A DNA stretch of 64,000 nucleotides from Tubiluchus corallicola (taxonomy: Eukaryota; Animalia; Priapulida): contig JAQGDQ010000300.1 in the NCBI GenBank assembly GCA_030141605.1, positions 62,001-126,000 on the forward strand. Reading direction: 5' to 3'. A program made the translations under genes and the position numbers. Positions within the stretch are counted from its first letter, which is position 1; each line of letters opens with the position of its first letter. The notes under the pieces are model-generated. The model saw only the letters and a list, made by a program, of their open reading frames with translations, was not told the origin of the DNA and ran no database searches. Below, in pieces: positions 60,701-64,000 of this stretch.

Positions 60701-63045
60701 TGAATAGGAGGATAGGTTTCTGTTGCTGTTCCGTGAAACTCTACTACAGCTCGCATCGAATTCTACAAAAACATCATGTCTTAGTTTAAGACAAAAATAA
60801 AATGCAAAACATCAACACAGTAACAATTATTCATGCACATACCGAATAACCATGATGCAGATTATCTATACTCTTTCAGTATCTAAATTAGCTCCATCTT
60901 TATTTCATAAATAAACACACAATTGAGACGTCAATGATAAAAAGCACAAGAAAACCCTCCATTTACATAAAGCTTAAAAAATTCATCTTGAAATTTTATA
61001 CTGCTTACATATTGCCTTTTTGCATGCAGGGCTTGCGTCGGCAGTAAAGCTGTATAGAACTTGTAAATTTAAACTCCTGTGATATACGTTAGGCATAGCC
61101 ATTTGGCATGGAAAGTTTCTTCGGACAATTTAACATTGCCTTTTCTTTCCCTAATTTATGTTTACGTAGGTGACATCATGTAATGGAGACTTTGGAACAT
61201 TATTGTGGGACATTTATAATGAGAACAAACAAAAAATCATTTTAACGTGAGTACAATATATGCGAAAAATGCTGTAAAATAATATAATTCTTAAGGCGAT
61301 TTTTCTGAAACCTACTTCAAGTACCCCCTTTTCTTGTCCTTTAATATTTCAACTTTTAATCATGTAGCTCTAAGAACCTTAAACAGCTTTTAAGGAACAC
61401 ATACATAATAATGTTAAAAATAAGTATTACTCAGTATTATTATGCTCCATAGTCTACATTGGTCTCCAAAACATACATCTTAAAGAAGTCTAGCTCAGAA
61501 AATAAAAAAAACAGATAGATAGACTAAGGGCACACTATTCTAAAACTATTTGTTGGGGTGAGAGAACAGCTGAGAGGTGGCAGTTTCATCTGCTTTACCG
61601 CCCCCATATTTCCTCTTACTGAAGGAGAAGATACTCAAAGTCGAATTTAGATAAGGCCGGCCACAAAAAAAGTCTTACCTCATGAGTTCAAAGGACATCA
61701 GTAGGGAGGAACTTTTTTTTTAAAAAAGTTTTTAAAGCTTTGTGAATGTTTAAAGCTGAATAGTACAATACTCAAAATCAGTTGAAATCAACGCTTGTTT
61801 ATTTCCCACTGGTTAGCAGTACTGTTTTAAATTTTTCGATGCACAGTTTTTCACGCTTTGTTTTTTTAGTTTTGCATTACTAAATTATTGTATAATTATC
61901 GATTATTGTATAGTCTCTTTTTTGTATCATGAACATGTATGTTCTGATAATTATGGTATAAGCGGCAACACTACTCGGCCGTTAATACAACGACTTAGTG
62001 GAAAATTCGATACTTTTAGCCTCAAATACAATGAGCATCATACAAAACAGCAACCCTGGCCGATAGTTAGCCATGGAAAAACATGGCTGCGTTCTGCCTT
62101 CCCCGAAAAAACGATGTTATAATAATTAATGCGTTTTACGTTTTAAATTTAAAAAATACGCTTTTATTGCTGCATCAAGTAAGTACATGAAAACATACAA
62201 AAAAATTATAAAATTCTCAGCTGGGTGCGTGATAAAAAAATTACCCGGGCAATTAGACGGAAACAGAAGTATTTTTATTGTCGGCCTAAGATACCTCCAG
62301 CTAGTGTAGCATCTGTTCAAAGAGGAATGCCGAGGAAAAGGATTTTAAAGCATCTCCCAAAGAACTTTTCATACATAATTAAATTTAACATTTTTTTATT
62401 TATTTAATCGAAAAGCAAAATTCCCAGTGTGCACCACTGATTCATCAAAAACAATTTACTGACCTTATTGATAATACTAACTAATTTGTACTTTTGCATG
62501 GCTAGCGAAATGTAATTACGAATGTTATCTAAACTTGTTTTCAAATGACTTACAGTTAAAATGGCTGCGCCTAACGGTCATCACAGGAGTTTAAATTTAC
62601 AATTTTATAAAGCGTTACTGCTAACACAAGCCCTTTATGGAACAAGACAGTATGTAAGTGGCACAAAATTTCACGACAAATTTTTAAGCTTTATTTATGA
62701 ACAATGTTTTCTTGTGCTTTAAGTTTGAAAAAACTGAACTGTATATAAGAACACTATTAATAGAAATTAATAGCAAATAGAATGCAAAATGTACAGGTGA
62801 TAAATGTTCAACAAGCAGTGATATAAACATGTTTCGGCTATCTGTGCAAACTCAGGTAAAACTAGAGTGGATCGAACTTTCAAAAAGCAATTCTTTTAGT
62901 CAGTAGCAAAAGTGTTCTAGCTGTTATAATGCAACTCAATTAAGGTCAGGAAATGAAAGTGATGCTACCTTGAACAACTCGAACAGCATGTGATACAAAT
63001 GAGATGGCATGTAACAACATTCAATCTTCTTTCCGTAAGCTTTAG
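57791..63045 (-). CDS. Pdk: Pyruvate dehydrogenase kinase (mitochondrial, GHKL fold), last four coding exons; 5' part lies beyond the window
   Basis: Exons 63045-62969 (..[16 protein letters not shown]), 60762-60661 ([10 protein letters not shown]...LGEEDLSIK), 59426-59202 (MSDKGGGIP...FNYMYSTAP...[41 protein letters not shown]), 57910-57791 ([21 protein letters not shown]...EW...NIR*). All GT-AG and in frame, with N, G1 and G2 boxes characteristic of PDK. Confidence 0.96.
58135..58757 (+). mobile_element. Kolobok-like non-autonomous DNA element, family A
   Basis: TTAA-AGGAAGACAGG ... GGTCCGGTTTTGCT-TTAA in the last PDK intron. Confidence 0.8.
60084..60597. mobile_element. hAT-like MITE
   Basis: TIRs CAGTGGCAGCTCG / CGAGCTGCCGCTG. 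8-bp flanks ATCAAAAC / ATCAGAAC (7/8 match, TSD-like). Confidence 0.75.
60940..61344 (+). mobile_element. Kolobok-like element, family B (internally deleted)
   Basis: AAGCACAAGAAAACCCTCC ... TTTTCTTGTCCT-TTAA. Confidence 0.72.
62463..62722 (-). mobile_element. Kolobok-like element, family B (partial, reverse)
   Basis: Ends TTTTCTTGTGCT-TTAA. The internal AAAATGGCTGCGCCTAAC...GGAGTTTAAATTTAC is the reverse complement of the family B interior. Confidence 0.65.
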
Positions 63046-64000
63046 CTGCAAAAAAAATCAACAATAATTTTATGGAAGACACGAGGAACGGCACTTATAT
63101 TTAACTCTTTCAGGACATAAGCATTTGCTGCATTTTGCAGGGGTTCGTGAAAAACTGCTCTCACTAAGCAGTGATTACATTATATTTAATCATTTTTGTA
63201 GGTTTATATTCCTCATACAATGGATTTTCATGCAAAATTATATATGAAATACATTTGTTTACCTTTGGCGAATTCAAAATCGATTTTTAACAAATAAATT
63301 GAAAAAAAGCCTTCATTAACTGCAGTGTTTTCACTGTAACAATGTACAGAATCACTTGTGTGAAAACGGCTAATTCAAAAATTTCAACTATCCAGACACA
63401 ACCCTGATACACTTTCGTCTCAAGAGTACTCTATTTTAAGGAGAAATTCCTGTTAAAAGATGAAACGACCTTAATTTGTCATTGGCTGATTGGTTGGTTT
63501 TTCCTAGAATAGCAGGAGAACACTGCACAGCTTGAGCTATAGCAAGTAGGTGAACAACAAATTAGTGTGCATGATCATGCGAGTGTACGCCAGACTAAAC
63601 TACGCAATAGGCTAAGTTGGAGTGCCTGAAAAGGGTGTGTTTTTCTTAATTTTATCCAATTAAATCATTTATAAATATCTAAACAAATACCATGATTGGA
63701 TAGCAGACATTCTCCTGAACAGCCTAGTACCTAATTTGTAAGCATTTAGTTATGTCTGTGCTCAAACAGTAGCAGAAAAGTCACAAGTCTTATAAGACCT
63801 ATTTTGAATGGTGTGGTCCTGAAAGAGTGGACATCATACCTTACTGGATGGGTAACTCACACCTTAGTTTCTGACAATCACTCTAAACATTACGAAATAA
63901 GTACAGGAACAGACTGCAAACTTAAACAGATATTGCCTCAGTACAACGAAGACAAAATTAATTAAAATTAGTCAAAATTAAACAAAGTTAGTCAAAATTA

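Overview
AT-rich invertebrate-type eukaryotic genomic DNA with spliceosomal introns. On the + strand lie three tandem paralogous genes for secreted astacin (M12A) metalloproteases (974-9482, 12719-24866, 26641-49867), reconstructed exon by exon from GT/AG sites and cross-paralog phase conservation. Architecture: hydrophobic leader, variable insert, propeptide with EGD motif and furin site, astacin domain, EGF, divergent CUB, terminal Cys. The copies carry very different inserts in exon 1 (none, a Lys/Arg-rich basic segment, or a Gln/Pro/Tyr plus Thr/Pro mucin-like segment). Each also departs from the astacin consensus: Met-turn Met->Leu in copies 1 and 2, loss of the CWSYVG Cys in copy 1, HE->HA after the third zinc His in copy 3. 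Copies 1 and 2 show a gene-conversion-like tract over exons 3-6. Copy 3 has an extra symmetric exon, and its last two exons lie in a near-identical ~4.07 kb tandem duplication. The last four exons of a pyruvate dehydrogenase kinase gene run convergently on the - strand (57791-63045). Introns hold Kolobok-like and hAT-like MITEs, a deleted pogo element, a solo LTR, LINE/SINE remnants and many simple repeats. All comparisons and counts were made by eye, with no database searches.
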